Of a stretch of DNA of 64,000 nucleotides, positions 60,631 to 64,000 are shown in pieces. A model generated the notes under the pieces. That model worked only from the letters and a program-made list of their open reading frames with translations. It made no database searches and was not told the origin of the DNA. This DNA is from Nemertoderma westbladi (lineage: Eukaryota; Animalia; Xenacoelomorpha). The DNA lies in NCBI GenBank assembly GCA_032718475.1, contig JAUCBJ010000293.1, forward strand, positions 15,429 through 79,428, written 5' to 3'. Position numbers and translations under genes: made by a program. Position 1 is the stretch's first letter. Each line of letters begins with the position of its first letter.

Positions 60631-63600
60631 ACGGAGTGAATACTAGAAGTCTCGCTACGCGAACCTAAAAAAGGGGGGTAGTTTTCACTCTCCACCCCGT
60701 CCCCCACGCATGTTACACTTTTAACAGTCTACAAGTGTAAGGCCCACCACGCGTAACATAACTAACCGTGCGGACTTACTTACCTGTTCTGAAATAATCA
60801 CCTTTAACGCAAGTCTTTTAAATTATTGAACATCATATAATAATTAGAGTGTTACGAAATCACTAATTAACTAGTTATTTTACAAAACTAAGTAAAATAT
60901 TTTTGTCTGACTCTCACCTTTTGGAGGCCGAGGACAAACAAGCGTTTTATATTTCAATAAATGCGGATGAAAAAAATGTTACTGTGGTATAAACATTGCA
61001 GTGTGCTGACCCGAGCTGTTTGTTTAAATGGGCGACCTTTCTAAGTGGGTGACAGTAACGTCCCGAGGACACCATGTGTATTTTGGTTTCATTCCAAAAT
61101 TATAACATTACGAAAAGATTGATAATGAAAAACCGCATATGAAAAACTATTGTTTTCAAAAAATGAAGTTGGTGGAATTCCAGAAATTTTGAGATTATTA
61201 CCACTTTATTAAAACGAACATTTCTTGAAGCATCGGTGTAGACAGTCTGCTTCTTGGCGGTAACTAAACTAGTAGATGCTAAAGTGTACAGGCGTCATAG
61301 AAAAATCTAAAACAATTTAAACTTATTGTAAAAGTTTCAGGTAATATACCGGTACTGTACGTTACAGATTACGCGAAATTCAAATCCTCGTTGATACTGC
61401 CACGAACATAGTTGATATTATAATTATATATACTGTAATTCAGTATCTGGCAGACCTTCTTTGCTTCTTATATAGGCCTGATACCTTCCGGTACCGCTGA
61501 AATAACATAACAACGCTAATATCTATTATAGAGATATATTTGCATCGGCAATCATAATGTAGAGAAAGACTAGGTACAACAACTGGTAAATTCCCCACGT
61601 TTTACCGGTATTAAGTAATCGCGGAGCAATATAGTAGGTAGGGCCATGGACACTTACTTACGAATTTTTAATTGTAGCATAATGTTGGTGCATATTGTTA
61701 TATTTTAAAAATCGGCTAATTCAAATTATAAATTTTAGATTTTTTCATCATCAGTAATCATTCCGTAATAATCACTTTAGAATAAAACTACAGTATTAGG
61801 TAAAAGACCACTCGGATAAGTACACTGTTAAGTGCTACTTTAGAAACATACAGTATGTACTGTTTACTAAATTATATTGTATTAATGTTACTAATATTTC
61901 TATAATACAATCACTATATGTAAAATTTTGCATCTAAGCAAACAATACTGTAAAGGTAAATAATATAGTAAGGTATGGAATTTGCCTTGCCTTTTTAATT
62001 AACTAAATGTGAAACTACTGTATGTAAATTCTTTATCAATTCAACCACAATCGCCAAAAACACTAACTGATGAGGGACAGAAAATGTTTTCCAAATAAAG
62101 AAATCGTTTTGAGGTTTCTTATCGGTTGATTTAACCAATGGGCGCAGAGGATGTTTGATTACAATAAGAAGCAGCCAAGGACAGATCACTATCCGTCCAA
62201 TAGGAATATAGGTGCTTATGGTGGTGACTGTGCAGTGCACTCTGTATTGAATCTCTTCCTAAAACTGCATAATAGCCAAGGTAGGAAAGTTGTTAGGTAA
62301 GTAGGGAGGGAGCTTTGTACTGTAGGTAGGTAGGTAGGGGCATGGGGGGGGGGGGGGGGGTGTAGGTTATGGAGGGAGGGATAATTATAGGGGGGTCGAC
62401 TGGGAATTAGTCGTAAGACTTTTGTGCGTAATCCCTGGCCTAACGGCAGAAGAAAACTATAGGCCTACTTATTTAATTAACTTTACTCTAATGTGCATTT
62501 TATTTTCATATTCAGAGAAAGCAATTACTGTTGCATAGTTAAGGATTTCTTCCGCTAGTATTTGTCATGTTGTTTTCTGACTATCCGCCCCTATAGTTGA
62601 TGCCACTTCTGGTCTATTATATGTGATAATTAAACAAAACTGCTGGTGGTTTCTTTCTATATTGTTATTATTGTTTCTTTATGCTTTTGAGATGAGAATA
62701 TCTACCACAACCACACATCATTTAATCAATGTTAATCACCATGAATTTAATTAATTGTGGTGTTAAAAGACACGCAAGACTCTCCGCTTTCAATCGATAT
62801 AAGCCAAGTGTGAAATGATTGAGATTAAATGTGTAATTTAATGGATCTAAAATCACCCTTAGAAACCTATATAAGAACTTATCGGAGCACTGCGTAGTAA
62901 CGTCAAATATGTAGCAAGCAATCCCAGGCTTACTTAAAAACCCGCATTTTCGACCGTTTCCATGTGTTTTTACAAAAAAAAAAACACACCCCGCCACTGC
63001 ACTCGATTCAGGGCACCTTGTTACCCCTTATTCGATTGTTTCTAGCCCAACAATTTTTTCGCGCACCAACCCTTTTGTGATTCGGCTTTGGGCCCACAGC
63101 TTTCCTTGTGGGGCTGAGCGTGAGGTGCATTATTTTATGAATGAATTATTTTCTGAATATCTGTGTTGTTTAAGTGGTATAAGCAAGGGTATAAGGGAAT
63201 ACTAGAATATAATTGAAACACAGAAAATAAATGAAAATGAATGATGTGTAAAGGCAGTAATTTGGTAGAATTGAGTGAACGTGAAAAAAATAAATAAAAA
63301 GCGAAAATTGTCGTTTAGCTATACTGTACATTGTAGAAGATCTACTCGGTGTATTTGAACGTTGAATGGCTTGTTTGAAATATCTTCTATAGCTCTACAT
63401 GATAAATAACAATCCGCTGACGCATAAATGTACCACCGAGAGTTTGAAAAATAGTTTTAGAATTGTATACTTTGGGTGTATACTTTAAGTGAATAAATTT
63501 TCTTAAGCATAATGGAATCTAGACCATCTTTATCTAATCTTGATAAAGTTTTTTTTGCTTCCATTCGATAGCTGATAAGTTGACCTCGATCTCGAAATAA

Positions 63601-64000
63601 TATGGCAATATAAACACATTTCCGAGCTTGAATATTTTGTAGCTGCAATATTTCATGTCCCAAATTTGAAATTCTCGAGAAATTAAGCATTACTAAATTG
63701 TAGAATATTGAATTTCAAGGAATGTTTAACTATTTTCATAAAGCCAATCAATAAGCAATTAAAGTAGCATACATCCATTAGACTACACCTTTGTAAACAA
63801 ATGTGCCAGCCGTTAAACTCACTAACTCAATATTTTGTATAAAATTGTATGTATACCTTAGATAAAAATATTAAAGATGTGCCATCACATAACAATGGGC
63901 CTGAATATATCGCGCTCAGCCAATCAGATTAAGTGTAGTGTAAAGGCTTAGGATTATTGTATTAGAAACCCTAAAGCATTGCTACTGTACAAACCAGATC

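Noticed and set aside
3061-62360. Many poly-G/poly-C runs as G-quadruplex signals
   Set aside because: Most lie inside TE remnants, their lengths are unreliable in assemblies, and they show no consistent spacing.

Overview
AT-rich eukaryotic (probably bilaterian invertebrate) DNA made almost entirely of transposable elements; I found no convincing host gene. In order: a solo LTR, a Harbinger transposase pseudogene, a hAT-type MITE, a GC-rich 5'-truncated CRE-like retrotransposon, a full-length RTE retrotransposon with an open ORF and 10-bp TSD, a foldback element, a full-length but disrupted BEL/Pao LTR element, nested MITEs, a second disrupted RTE copy, piggyBac-like MITEs, and a degenerate CRE element split by a solo LTR. 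The most striking structure is a 17.5-kb head-to-tail array (40701-58164) of eight non-autonomous Helitrons from two subfamilies. Their interiors are 146-147-bp minisatellites, each unit carrying one co-oriented CTCF-like site (core plus upstream module; roughly 80 by hand count). The junctions suggest the array grew by repeated insertion at the 5' end of an existing copy. A second candidate is a type I hammerhead ribozyme motif lying between Pol III A and B boxes of a tRNA-like element (33124-33211). All calls come from reading the sequence by eye; no searches or folding programs were run.
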